From an uncultured Candidatus Saccharibacteria bacterium (lineage in GTDB: Bacteria > Patescibacteriota > Minisyncoccia > Minisyncoccales > JAHCRE01), in NCBI GenBank assembly GCA_964354555.1, contig CAYHAF010000001.1:1-51061 (forward strand): a stretch of DNA of 51,061 nucleotides. The letters are read 5' to 3'. Shown in pieces: positions 15,384-24,681 of the stretch; position 1 is the stretch's first letter; every line of letters begins with the position of its first letter. The position numbers were made by a program, and so were the translations under genes. The notes beneath the pieces are model-generated. The model saw only the letters and a list, made by a program, of their open reading frames with translations, had not been told where the DNA came from and searched no databases.

Positions 15384-16801
15384 AAATTCTCAAAAAATTG
15401 TCCTACTTCAAAAATTTTATTTTCTTCAAATTTATTCCCGATTATTTGGAAATTAACCGGTAATTTTCCGATCTTGCCGCAGGGTATGGAAATAGCTGGT
15501 AATCCCGCCAGATTCACTGCACCCATATAAATATCTGAAAGATACATGGATAAAGGATCTGCCATCTTCTCTCCTATTTTAAAAGCCGGGGTTGGCGAAA
15601 CTGGAGTAATTAAAACGTCAACCTTCTGAAATGCTTTATCAAAATCTTCTTTTATCAAAGTTCTTATTTTCTGGGCTCTTAAATAATAAGCATCATAATA
15701 TCCTGCCGATAAAGTATAGGTACCAAGCATAATCCTTCTCCTAGTTTCCTGGCCAAATCCTTCTCTTCTTGATTTTAAATAAAAATCAAATAGATCTTTA
15801 GCTGTTTTTGAGAAATGGCCGTATTTTATTCCATCATATCTGGCCAGATTAGCTGAAACTTCAGAAGGCATAATAATATAATAAGTCGCCAGAGAATGGT
15901 CTGTGCTGTAAGGAAGACTTACTTCTACAATATTGGCTCCCAAATCTTCATATTTTTTAATTACTGACCTTACTATTTTTTCTACTTCAGGATCGATGCC
16001 TTTGGCAAAATATTCTTTTGGCATTCCTATTTTTAAATCTTTAATTTTCAATTCCCATTCCCCTCTTTCTTCTTTCTCTACACTAGTAGAATCCATTTCA
16101 TCCTTGCCAGAAATCAGATTAAATACTATTTCTGCGTCTTTCACTGTTTTTGCGATTGGCCCAATTTGGTCTAAAGAAGAAGCCATGGCTATTAAACCAT
16201 AACGAGAAACTGCTCCATAAGTCGGTTTAAAACCCACGACTCCGCAAAAAGAAGCTGGTTGGCGGATTGAACCACAAGTATCAGACCCTAAGGCAAAAAT
16301 CGTAAGATCAGCTGCTACGGCCGCCGCTGAACCCGCAGAAGAACCACCTGGAACTCTTTCTAAATCGTGAGGGTTCCTGGTAATGAAATAGGCCGAATTT
16401 TCACCAGAAGAACCCATCGCAAACTCGTCTAAATTAGTTTTTCCCAAAATTGCTACTCCTTGCCTTTTTAATCTTTTAATGCAGGTAGCATCATAAGGAG
16501 CTATATAATCTTCTAAAATTTTAGAACCAGCAGTGCATTTTACCCCTTCCACAAGAATATTATCTTTCACAGCCAAAGGAATTCCAGCTAAAGTCGGTAT
16601 TTCTCGGCCAGCTGATATTAAAGCATCAATTTCTTTAGCTTTTAAAAGAGCTAAATTTTCAGTTACTGTTAAAAAAGAATGGAGATCTTTATCCAATTTT
16701 TCAATTCTTCCTAAAAATGATTTATTTAATTCAGTGGCGGAAAATTCTTTTGTAATTAAACCTTGGTGTGCTTTTTGAATTGTTAAGTCAGAAATCTCCA
16801 T
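15380..16801 (-). CDS. gatA: Glu/Asp-tRNA amidotransferase subunit A
   Basis: 473 aa. Amidase signature GGSSAGSAAAVA. Confidence 0.95.
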   Translation of the reverse strand: MEISDLTIQKAHQGLITKEFSATELNKSFLGRIEKLDKDLHSFLTVTENLALLKAKEIDALISAGREIPTLAGIPLAVKDNILVEGVKCTAGSKILEDYIAPYDATCIKRLKRQGVAILGKTNLDEFAMGSSGENSAYFITRNPHDLERVPGGSSAGSAAAVAADLTIFALGSDTCGSIRQPASFCGVVGFKPTYGAVSRYGLIAMASSLDQIGPIAKTVKDAEIVFNLISGKDEMDSTSVEKEERGEWELKIKDLKIGMPKEYFAKGIDPEVEKIVRSVIKKYEDLGANIVEVSLPYSTDHSLATYYIIMPSEVSANLARYDGIKYGHFSKTAKDLFDFYLKSRREGFGQETRRRIMLGTYTLSAGYYDAYYLRAQKIRTLIKEDFDKAFQKVDVLITPVSPTPAFKIGEKMADPLSMYLSDIYMGAVNLAGLPAISIPCGKIGKLPVNFQIIGNKFEENKIFEVGQFFENL

Positions 16802-16809
16802 ATCTTTAA

Positions 16810-17100
16810 CTAAAGAATCTCTTTAACTTTTATATATCTTTCTTCTTTTTCCGGAGCTGCATCTATTAATTTATCAGCTTCCTCCAAGTTTTTTTTCTTT
16901 GCATTATCTTCACGACCGAAAACTCCTGATTTCGATATAGAATGGGAAGTCGGCTCAACTTTTGAGACATCAACTCCTTTCAATAGATTAAAATAATCCA
17001 AAACCAGAGAGAGGTCTTTTTGCATTTTTTCTATCTCTTTTGGGACCAGTCCTAATCTGGCTAATTTAGAAATATGTTTAACTTCTTTTGTGCTTATCAT
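16810..17100 (-). CDS. gatC: Glu/Asp-tRNA amidotransferase subunit C
   Basis: 96 aa. GatC-like sequence directly upstream of gatA. Confidence 0.85.
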   Translation of the reverse strand: MISTKEVKHISKLARLGLVPKEIEKMQKDLSLVLDYFNLLKGVDVSKVEPTSHSISKSGVFGREDNAKKKNLEEADKLIDAAPEKEERYIKVKEIL

Positions 17101-17114
17101 AAATTTTATAATTT

Positions 17115-18206
17115 CTATTTTGGGGGGCCAATGTATTCTGTTTTAGCCAAGACTTCTTCTAAAGTATCAATATTCTCCAAAACTATTCCCCCGCCCCTAA
17201 CCACTGCTGTCATTGGATCGTCAACGATTTTGGCTGGAATCTTCATCTCTTTTGTGATTAAAGTGCTTAATCCACGCAGAAGGGCTCCGCCGCCAGCTAA
17301 ATAAATTCCTTTTGTCATAACATCAGCCAGTAATTCAGGAGGGGTTACCTCAACCATATTTTTTATGGCGTTTACAATTTGTTTTATTGACTTTTCCATG
17401 GCTTTCCTTATTTCGTCATCTGTAACCATTATTTCCTCTGGCAGGCCAGTTACTAAATTCCTACCCCTAAGCGGCATTTCTTTCTTTTCCCTTATGGGAT
17501 AAACTGAACCAATTCCAATTTTAATTTCCTCTGCTGTTCTTTCTCCAATTAATAGCCTATATTCTTCCTGACTAAAATCTATTATATCTTGATTAAGCTT
17601 ATCTCCGGCTATCCTTAAGCTTTTAGATAAAACAATGCCTCCTAAAGAAATAACTGCCACTTCGGTTGTTCCTCCTCCAATACAAACAATAAAGTTTCCG
17701 TTTGGATCCTGGACTGGCAACCTTGCTCCAATAGCTGCTGCCATGGGTTCCTCAATCAAGAAAACTTCCCTGGCACCGGCATTTTTAGTGGCGTCTTCAA
17801 CCGCCTTTTTCTCTACTTCCGTCACGCCGCAAGGGATAGCCACGATTACCCTTGGGCCCGGCCCCAAAATAAATCTTTTTTTAACCTTCTCAATAAAATA
17901 TCTGAGCATCTGCTCAGTGACTTCAAAATCAGAAACAACGCCATTAACCAAAGGTCTATTCGCCACAATATAAGCTGGAGTTCTTCCTACCATTTTTTTA
18001 GCTTCATCCCCAATAGCTAAAATCTGACCAGTCTTTTGGTTAACTGCTACAACTGAAGGCTCTTGAATAACTATTCCTTCCCCTCTGACATAGACACGGG
18101 AGTTGGCTGTCCCTAAATCAATAGCAATATCTTTTGAAAGATAGTGCAGAATTCTTTTTAAAATCTTAGTGTCGAAATTTAAAAAAAATAAATTAGTAGT
18201 GTTCAA
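17115..18206 (-). CDS. mreB: rod shape-determining protein MreB (paralog 1)
   Basis: 363 aa. IDLGTANS, GGGTTEVAVISLGG, LAGGGALLRGL. TTG start. Confidence 0.9.
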   Translation of the reverse strand: MNTTNLFFLNFDTKILKRILHYLSKDIAIDLGTANSRVYVRGEGIVIQEPSVVAVNQKTGQILAIGDEAKKMVGRTPAYIVANRPLVNGVVSDFEVTEQMLRYFIEKVKKRFILGPGPRVIVAIPCGVTEVEKKAVEDATKNAGAREVFLIEEPMAAAIGARLPVQDPNGNFIVCIGGGTTEVAVISLGGIVLSKSLRIAGDKLNQDIIDFSQEEYRLLIGERTAEEIKIGIGSVYPIREKKEMPLRGRNLVTGLPEEIMVTDDEIRKAMEKSIKQIVNAIKNMVEVTPPELLADVMTKGIYLAGGGALLRGLSTLITKEMKIPAKIVDDPMTAVVRGGGIVLENIDTLEEVLAKTEYIGPPK

Positions 18207-18207
18207 A

Positions 18208-19512
18208 TTAATATTTTAAGTCTGATTTTAAAAATTTTAGCAGATTTTCTATCTTTTCTAATTTCTCACCTTTTTCGTTTCTCTTTTTTATCTCCACGCT
18301 GTTTTCAGATAAAGTTCTTTCGCTCACTACCACCCTGATCGGTATTCCAATTAAATCAGCTTCAACGAATTTTTCCCCTGGTGTTTTTTCTTCTCTATCG
18401 TCATATAATACTTCGATTTCGTTCTTTTGTAAATTTTGGAATATTTCCTCAGCGGTCTTTTTTACTTTTTCGGCCTCCCTGCTATTTTTCCCAGAAATTC
18501 CAATGAGATGAACTTGAAATGGCGCCACAGCTTCCGGCCAAACAATTCCTTCTTGGTCGTGGTTGATTTCAACTATAGCCGCCATTAACCTTCCCAGACC
18601 TATTCCGTAACATCCCATAAATACTGGTTTTTCTTTACCGTCTTTATCCCTGAATTTTAAATTAAAGGGTAAAGAAAAACTAGTTCCTAATTTAAAAATA
18701 TTACCAACCTCAACTGCTTTTCGTTCTTCAAATTCTTTAGAATCACAGGGGCTATTTGGACAAGCTTTGATTTCGTTTTTTATTTCTTTATTAATTGCAA
18801 TATAGCATTTCTTGCAAATAAAAATTGTATCTTCGCCTGATTCCGTTACTGTTTGGAACTCATGGGAATATCTGGAAAAAGTGCCGCCCGATGCCAGCGT
18901 TGGATAAGTAATTTTATCCATTAGCTTGTTTTTTCTTATTCCGCACTCAGTAAAAATATTGATGTATCTTTCATAAACCTTTTCATAGTAATCATTCAAG
19001 TCTTCCTGGCTCGCATGAAAAGAGTATAAATCTTTCATTAAAAACTCTCTGGTTCTCATTAAACCGGATTTAACGCGGAGCTCGTCGCGGAACTTTGTCT
19101 GGATCTGGAAAAGATAAAATGGCAGATCTTTATAGGAAAAAACGAACTTTTTAGCTAAAGGCGAAACAATTTCTTCATGAGTGGGACCTAAAGCATATTC
19201 TTTTCCCTCTCTCCCTTTCATTTTAAATAAAATATCAAGGCTTTCCCAACGGCCTGTTTTCTGCCAGTTTTCTTTTGGATTCAGTACCGGCATTAATATT
19301 TCTTGGCCATTTATTGGACTCTCTTCCATTTTCTTTCTAATTATATTTTCAATTTTTTTCAGTACTTTAAACCCCAAAGGCAAAAAAGTATAAACACCGG
19401 CTGTTGTCTGATCAATAAAACCTGCTCTTAATAAAAGCTGGTTAGAAATTGCTTCTTTTTCCCTTGCTATTTTCTTCAATGTTTTTGAAAAAAGTTGTGA
19501 TTGTCTCATCAT
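18208..19512 (-). CDS. proS: prolyl-tRNA synthetase (short form)
   Basis: 434 aa. Class II motifs and ProRS-like N-terminus (AGFIDQTTAGVYTFLPLG). Confidence 0.85.
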   Translation of the reverse strand: MMRQSQLFSKTLKKIAREKEAISNQLLLRAGFIDQTTAGVYTFLPLGFKVLKKIENIIRKKMEESPINGQEILMPVLNPKENWQKTGRWESLDILFKMKGREGKEYALGPTHEEIVSPLAKKFVFSYKDLPFYLFQIQTKFRDELRVKSGLMRTREFLMKDLYSFHASQEDLNDYYEKVYERYINIFTECGIRKNKLMDKITYPTLASGGTFSRYSHEFQTVTESGEDTIFICKKCYIAINKEIKNEIKACPNSPCDSKEFEERKAVEVGNIFKLGTSFSLPFNLKFRDKDGKEKPVFMGCYGIGLGRLMAAIVEINHDQEGIVWPEAVAPFQVHLIGISGKNSREAEKVKKTAEEIFQNLQKNEIEVLYDDREEKTPGEKFVEADLIGIPIRVVVSERTLSENSVEIKKRNEKGEKLEKIENLLKFLKSDLKY

Positions 19513-19521
19513 TTTTAATTT

Positions 19522-20610
19522 TTAAAACATTTTCCGAATATCTTTAATTGTTATTAAAATCGATAAAGCTATCAATAAGATAAAGAAAAAAGTGGTAATA
19601 CTTTGCTCTGTTTTCTGGCTTATTGGTTTTCCTCTTAATTTTTCAATTCCCAAAAAAAGAATTTTCCCACCGTCTAAAGCCGGAATAGGAAGGCTATTAA
19701 AAATGGCGAGGAAAATAGAAATCATCGATAGAAGCCATAAATAATCGCTGGCTCCTCTCTCTAATGTTTGAGCCATTATTTGACTTACCCCCACTATTCC
19801 TTTAAATTCTATCTGGCCTTTTGGTATAGGCTCGCCTCGTACTGCTTTGGATATAATATCGCCAAAAGTAGCAATCGTATAAACGGTAACGTTTTTTGTG
19901 ATTGAAAATCCCTCAATTATTGCTTTATGCCAATTGTAATTCTTCAACACTACTCTAGCTAAAGCTACTCCCATTGCTCCTTCTCCTTCTGGTGGATTCT
20001 GACGAGGAATTAAGGAAATATTCAATATCTCCTTTCCTCTTTTTATAGTTAAAATCATCTCCTTCCCTAAATTAGCATCGGTAAAATCCGTAACTTCTTT
20101 AACTTTAGTAGTTTTTAGTTCGCCATCTTGTGATTTAATGCCCTGGATAATATCTTCAATCTTCAGGCCTGATTTTTCAGCTGGAGATCCTTCGGCTATT
20201 GCAGTAATTTGAACCTCTGGATTCGAAAATCCCTGATCATTATCTTCAATTGTCATTGGTATCCCCCAAACTCCAGCAATAATACTGATTAGAATAACTG
20301 CTATTATCCAAAAAGTAACCACTCCCCCTAAGACAATCATTGCTCTCTGCCAAATCGGTTTCTCACTGAACGACGTTGATTCCTCAACTTTTTCTTCTTC
20401 TCCCTGAAGTTTGACAAAAGCGCCTATGGGCAAAAGATTAATAGAGTAAACCGTCTCCCCTATCTTTTTTCCGATTATTTTTGGTGGTATACCTATTCCA
20501 AATTCTTCAACTTTTACTCCAAATTTTCTGGCTAAAAGAAAATGGCCCAGCTCATGAATGGTAACTAAAAAAAGAAGTGAAATTATTACTATAAAAATAG
20601 TTAAAATCAT
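19522..20610 (-). CDS. rseP: site-2 protease RseP (M50)
   Basis: 362 aa. HELGHF zinc motif, PDZ-like segment, C-terminal TM with LPIPALDGG. Confidence 0.9.
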   Translation of the reverse strand: MILTIFIVIISLLFLVTIHELGHFLLARKFGVKVEEFGIGIPPKIIGKKIGETVYSINLLPIGAFVKLQGEEEKVEESTSFSEKPIWQRAMIVLGGVVTFWIIAVILISIIAGVWGIPMTIEDNDQGFSNPEVQITAIAEGSPAEKSGLKIEDIIQGIKSQDGELKTTKVKEVTDFTDANLGKEMILTIKRGKEILNISLIPRQNPPEGEGAMGVALARVVLKNYNWHKAIIEGFSITKNVTVYTIATFGDIISKAVRGEPIPKGQIEFKGIVGVSQIMAQTLERGASDYLWLLSMISIFLAIFNSLPIPALDGGKILFLGIEKLRGKPISQKTEQSITTFFFILLIALSILITIKDIRKMF

Positions 20611-20622
20611 AAAATAATTTTA

Positions 20623-21195
20623 TTATTCCATTATTTCTTTTTCTTTTTTGTCCTTTATATCCTGGATTTTTTTATTATAATCATCAACTAATTTTTGAAG
20701 ATCATCTTTAGCCCTGAATTTATCGTCTTCCCTTATTTTACTCTCCTGAAATCCATCCTGGATTTCTTTCCAGGCCTTTTCCCGCCAGTGGCGGATTGTT
20801 AATTTCGCCTGCTCTGATTTCTCTGAAAGTAATTTGAACAAACTCTTCCTGTATTCTTCAGTCAAGGAAGGCAAATTTATCCTGATTAAGTCTTTGTCAA
20901 CTATAGGGCTAGCGCCTAAGCTGGATTTTGAAATCGCGGAAGATATTGGCTCTAAATAAGATTTATCCCAGGGCTGAATAATAATCTGCCTTGGCTGGGG
21001 AGATGAAATAGCAGCCAGTTGTTTTAAAGGAAACTTCTGCCCAAAACACTCAACTACTATATTTTCAACTAAAGCAGGGGAAGCTCTGGTAGTCCTTATT
21101 TGAGATACTTCCCTCTCTAAAAAATTAAAAACTTTATCTAATTCCGGTTTAATGTTTTCAATAATTTGTTTATAGCTATCCATAATTTTATTCAT
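20623..21195 (-). CDS. frr: ribosome recycling factor
   Basis: 190 aa, RRF family sequence throughout. Confidence 0.9.
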   Translation of the reverse strand: MNKIMDSYKQIIENIKPELDKVFNFLEREVSQIRTTRASPALVENIVVECFGQKFPLKQLAAISSPQPRQIIIQPWDKSYLEPISSAISKSSLGASPIVDKDLIRINLPSLTEEYRKSLFKLLSEKSEQAKLTIRHWREKAWKEIQDGFQESKIREDDKFRAKDDLQKLVDDYNKKIQDIKDKKEKEIME

Positions 21196-21224
21196 TTTTA
21201 AGTCTGCCTTTTAAGTGGATTATT

Positions 21225-22286
21225 TTATAATCTATTTTTATAATTCTTTGATTTAGCCAAAAGAAAATCTTTAATTTTCTCGGCACTTTCTTTAGGAAGA
21301 CCATTTATAACTAATCTCATTCCGGCTCTTTCTCCAGCTGTCTCAATACTGATTGTAAAAATACCAAATAGACGATCGAAAAGAGCTTGGGAAACATTAA
21401 TATTTTGAATCCGATCATAGTAGAGATAAGAAACAGATTGACCTATAACCTTGCTCCGGATTTCTCCCTTATCTTGAGAGAAATTAAAATAGAAATTTTC
21501 ATACCAAATATTACTATAAATCCAACTCAAAAGAAAAATTATTAAAAATCCGCCCAAAAATAATAAAAAATTGAATAAAAGGAAAATAGAAAAGACGAGC
21601 GTTAGCACTATTGTCTTACTAATAATAACTGATTTAGAAAGAGGATATTCACGAATAGAAATTTCTCCACCCTTTACTTCTTGTTGGCTCGCTACCGGTT
21701 TAACAATTTCTGTACTGACTTTCGAAGCAGACATTGGTTGCTTTGTCTTTTCTTCTAAAAAAACAATTAGTTTATCGGCATTTTCTTTATTTAAACCATC
21801 GACGTGGGAATAAAAACCTGATTTTTCTCCAGCTGTTTCATAGTGAACATCAAAAAGCCCGAAAATTCTGTCAAAAAAATCCTGATCAACGTAGATGTTT
21901 TGCAGTCTTTCATAACGAATAAGTCCGGTAGCTTGACTTATTACTCCTTTTCGAATAGTCGCTTTTTCATCGGTAAATTCGTAAAAATAAAACTTGTAAT
22001 AAAGATATTCATAAATTAAAAATGGTATTAATAAACAAACTATTGTAATAAGTGCCGTTAAGATTATCTTCGGAATCGGCAATGTTTCAGGCTGGTTGCA
22101 ATATAACGACTGCATAGAGGGTGATAGCATTGAGCAAGTTGATTTTTCCATTGTTAAAGAATAATAAAATCCGAATAATATAGGCAATATAAATAAGAAT
22201 AAAAACCAAAACCACTTTATATATCTGGAGATTGTCTTTTTAATTACTTTTTTTGGACTTAATGGCAAGTTTTGAGAATTGTACAT
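21225..22286 (-). CDS. membrane protein with two bacterial PH (YdbT/DUF304-like) domains
   Basis: 353 aa. Duplicated TM-pair plus RYERLQNIYVDQDFFDRIFGL / YYDRIQNINVSQALFDRLFGI motifs. Confidence 0.65.
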   Translation of the reverse strand: MYNSQNLPLSPKKVIKKTISRYIKWFWFLFLFILPILFGFYYSLTMEKSTCSMLSPSMQSLYCNQPETLPIPKIILTALITIVCLLIPFLIYEYLYYKFYFYEFTDEKATIRKGVISQATGLIRYERLQNIYVDQDFFDRIFGLFDVHYETAGEKSGFYSHVDGLNKENADKLIVFLEEKTKQPMSASKVSTEIVKPVASQQEVKGGEISIREYPLSKSVIISKTIVLTLVFSIFLLFNFLLFLGGFLIIFLLSWIYSNIWYENFYFNFSQDKGEIRSKVIGQSVSYLYYDRIQNINVSQALFDRLFGIFTISIETAGERAGMRLVINGLPKESAEKIKDFLLAKSKNYKNRL

Positions 22287-22350
22287 AAATTTAATATAGT
22301 TTAATCTTATTCTTCATAATATCAGAAAAAGGCTAAATAGAAAAGTCAAC

Positions 22351-22389
22351 CCAAAAACGCCCTATACCTATTCGGTCGGGCGTTTTTGG
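22351..22389. terminator. bidirectional hairpin terminator after holB
   Basis: CCAAAAACGCCC (22351-22362) / GGGCGTTTTTGG (22378-22389). Confidence 0.45.
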
Positions 22390-22404
22390 ATTGATTCAAA
22401 TTAA

Positions 22405-23397
22405 TTATAACTCAAGCATTAAAACCTCAAGGGCTAATTTTGGGTTGATATTGGTTTTCGAAATTAAAAAAATAGTTTCCTGAATATGGTTTATTATAGA
22501 TTCCAGTTTTGGAACCGAATAATGAGTGAGAGATTCTGTTTTTTGTTCTTGACCTTGCTTGATTCGAAAAAGCAGAATACCCCTGAAATATCTCAACCAA
22601 ACTTCCAAGGTTTCTTTTAAATCTTTATCCTCCGAAGATACATCTTTTGCATAATTAAACTTAGAAGATATAGTGGAATTTTTTGATGCGATTTTCAAAA
22701 GTTCAGTTATCTTTTGCTTCTGGTTTTCAAAATTTTTTAAATCTTTTAAAAAATCTAAAGCTAAACCCGGTTTTCCAAAAGAAAAAGAGGTTAGTTCTTT
22801 TGCCTTTTCTTCTGAAACGCCCTGGGATTTAAAAAAGTTTTCTATCTCTATTTTTTCAACCGGATTGAATTTTATCTTCTGGATCCTGGAACGGATAGTT
22901 GACAATAACATTTCCGGATACTCAGTTATCAAAATTAAAACCGTATTCCCTTTTGGTTCTTCAAGTGTCTTTAAAAAACAGCTCTGGGCCTCCTGGTTCA
23001 TGGTATGAGCTTTATCTATGATCGCCGCCTTAAAAGGCGATAAAAAAGAATGAAGACTTAATCTCCAATTGAGATCTCTGATTTGAGAAATCTGAATTTC
23101 TTCTTTTTTCAAAGAAGTTTTTTTTGAAACAAATTTTTTTGGCTCAATAACAGCTAAATCAGGGTGCTGCTCTATATCTAATAAGAGGGATTTTTTAATT
23201 TCTTGACAGGGAGGACAAATCTGACAAGGTCTTTTTGAAAAGTCAGGATTTTGACAATTAAGCATCTTAACGAACTCAAAAGCTATAGTCTTTTTGCCTA
23301 TTTTTTCCTGTCCGTAAAATAAATAAGCGTGGGAAACTTTTCCCAGCTCAGCTGATTTTTTAAGTAGTTTCCACTGCTTATGATGACCTATTAGCAC
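22405..23397 (-). CDS. holB: DNA polymerase III delta-prime subunit
   Basis: 330 aa. HAYLFYGQEKIGKKT P-loop-like motif and CxxCxxC zinc module. Confidence 0.8.
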   Translation of the reverse strand: MLIGHHKQWKLLKKSAELGKVSHAYLFYGQEKIGKKTIAFEFVKMLNCQNPDFSKRPCQICPPCQEIKKSLLLDIEQHPDLAVIEPKKFVSKKTSLKKEEIQISQIRDLNWRLSLHSFLSPFKAAIIDKAHTMNQEAQSCFLKTLEEPKGNTVLILITEYPEMLLSTIRSRIQKIKFNPVEKIEIENFFKSQGVSEEKAKELTSFSFGKPGLALDFLKDLKNFENQKQKITELLKIASKNSTISSKFNYAKDVSSEDKDLKETLEVWLRYFRGILLFRIKQGQEQKTESLTHYSVPKLESIINHIQETIFLISKTNINPKLALEVLMLEL

Positions 23398-23406
23398 TTA
23401 GGTTTT

Positions 23407-23466
23407 AGCTTCTAGTTAGTCAGCTTCTAGTTAAACCAAATTCCTAGAAGCTAGAACCTAGAAGCT
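23407..23466. repeat. AGCTTCTAG x2 / CTAGAAGCT x2 composite palindrome
   Basis: Two direct 9-mers and two inverted copies form a long interrupted hairpin between mreB2 and holB. No T-tract. Confidence 0.6.
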
Positions 23467-23475
23467 GAAAGCTTA

Positions 23476-24483
23476 CTATTTCTTACTGGCTATACTTTTT
23501 TTATAGACTCCTAAGTTTTCTAAAACTACTCCCGTGCCCTTGGCTACGCAAAGCATAGGTTCTTCAGCCAAGAAACAGGGAACGCCGGTTGACTGAGAAA
23601 TTCTTTCATCAATATTTCGAAGCAGAGCTCCACCACCGGCCAAAACCATGCCTTTATCCATAATATCGGCTGCTAATTCAGGGGGAGTATCTCTTAAAAC
23701 TATTTTTACCGCCTGAGTAATCTCAATCAAAACGTCGGAAATTGCATCGCAAACTTCATTAGAAGAAATTTTAATCGTTCTCGGTAACCCTAAAATTAAA
23801 TCCCTGCCCCGAATTTCTAAGAATTTTTCGTCTTTCTCCGGCAAGGCGGTACCAATTTTTATTTTTATTTCTTCAGCCGTCTGCTCGCCTATAGCTAAAT
23901 TATATTTTTTCTTGATATAATCGGCAATTGCCATGTCTAATTTGTCTCCGGCTGTCCTTACGGAATGAGAACAAACAATTCCACCAAGAGAAATTACAGC
24001 TACTTCTGAAGTTCCACCGCCAATATCCACAATCATATGACCAGAACAAGAACTTATGGGGATTCCGGCTCCAATTGCTGCCAAGATAGGTTCCTTAGCT
24101 AGATAGACAGCTTTAGCCCCGGCTACAGTTCCGGCCTCAATAACCGCCCTTCTTTCAGTAGAAGTAATTCCAGCTGGTACCCCAATCAACATCTCTGGCT
24201 TTAAGAATTTAAAATAACCTAAAGTTTTATCTACAAAATATTTTAACATTGCCTGCGTCACTCGGTAGTCAGCTATAACTCCTTCTCTGAGCGGCCGATA
24301 AACTCTCAAGGTATCAGGAGTTCTACCAATCATATCTTTAGCATCTTTGCCCACAGCTAAAATCCTGTTTTCAGAAAGAGTCACAGCGACAACTGACGGC
24401 TCTTGTAAAACCACTCCTTTTTTAGGAACGAAAACAACTGAATTGCAGGTTCCAAGGTCAACACCAATTTTTGTAGTAAACAT
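23476..24483 (-). CDS. mreB: MreB paralog 2 (start trimmed to MFTTKIGVDLGT)
   Basis: The ORF track gives 374 aa from 24600, but the first 39 codons lie in a GC-rich multi-hairpin element. The conserved MreB N-terminus begins at the ATG at 24483. Confidence 0.85.
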   Translation of the reverse strand: MFTTKIGVDLGTCNSVVFVPKKGVVLQEPSVVAVTLSENRILAVGKDAKDMIGRTPDTLRVYRPLREGVIADYRVTQAMLKYFVDKTLGYFKFLKPEMLIGVPAGITSTERRAVIEAGTVAGAKAVYLAKEPILAAIGAGIPISSCSGHMIVDIGGGTSEVAVISLGGIVCSHSVRTAGDKLDMAIADYIKKKYNLAIGEQTAEEIKIKIGTALPEKDEKFLEIRGRDLILGLPRTIKISSNEVCDAISDVLIEITQAVKIVLRDTPPELAADIMDKGMVLAGGGALLRNIDERISQSTGVPCFLAEEPMLCVAKGTGVVLENLGVYKKSIASKK

Positions 24484-24489
24484 AATGAA

Positions 24490-24672
24490 ATACTTAGTTA
24501 ATCGCTTGCCCTTTTCCAGTGCTTCGCACTGGCGCTTGACCTTCGGCCTCGCTTCGGGCTCGCTCTTTAGAAACCCACGGTTTCTAACGTTTTCCGCCAC
24601 TTAGGCGGAAATCCTGTTTTCCTACACGGAAGAACCGAATGGTTCTTCCGACCCATCTCCGATATGGGATGA
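24490..24672 (-). other. GC-rich multi-hairpin element in the mreB2 leader (copy 1 of 2)
   Basis: Hairpins CCAGTGC/GCACTGG, TTAGAAACC/GGTTTCTAA, TTCCGCC/GGCGGAA, CGGAAGAACC/GGTTCTTCCG, CCCAT/ATGGG. The core 24562-24663 is alignable to 35591-35664. Confidence 0.65.
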
Positions 24673-24681
24673 ATAGTTATA

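Noticed and set aside
24484-24600. 39-codon N-terminal extension of MreB paralog 2
   Set aside because: It is encoded by the GC-rich hairpin element, and the conserved MreB N-terminus starts at the ATG at 24483.
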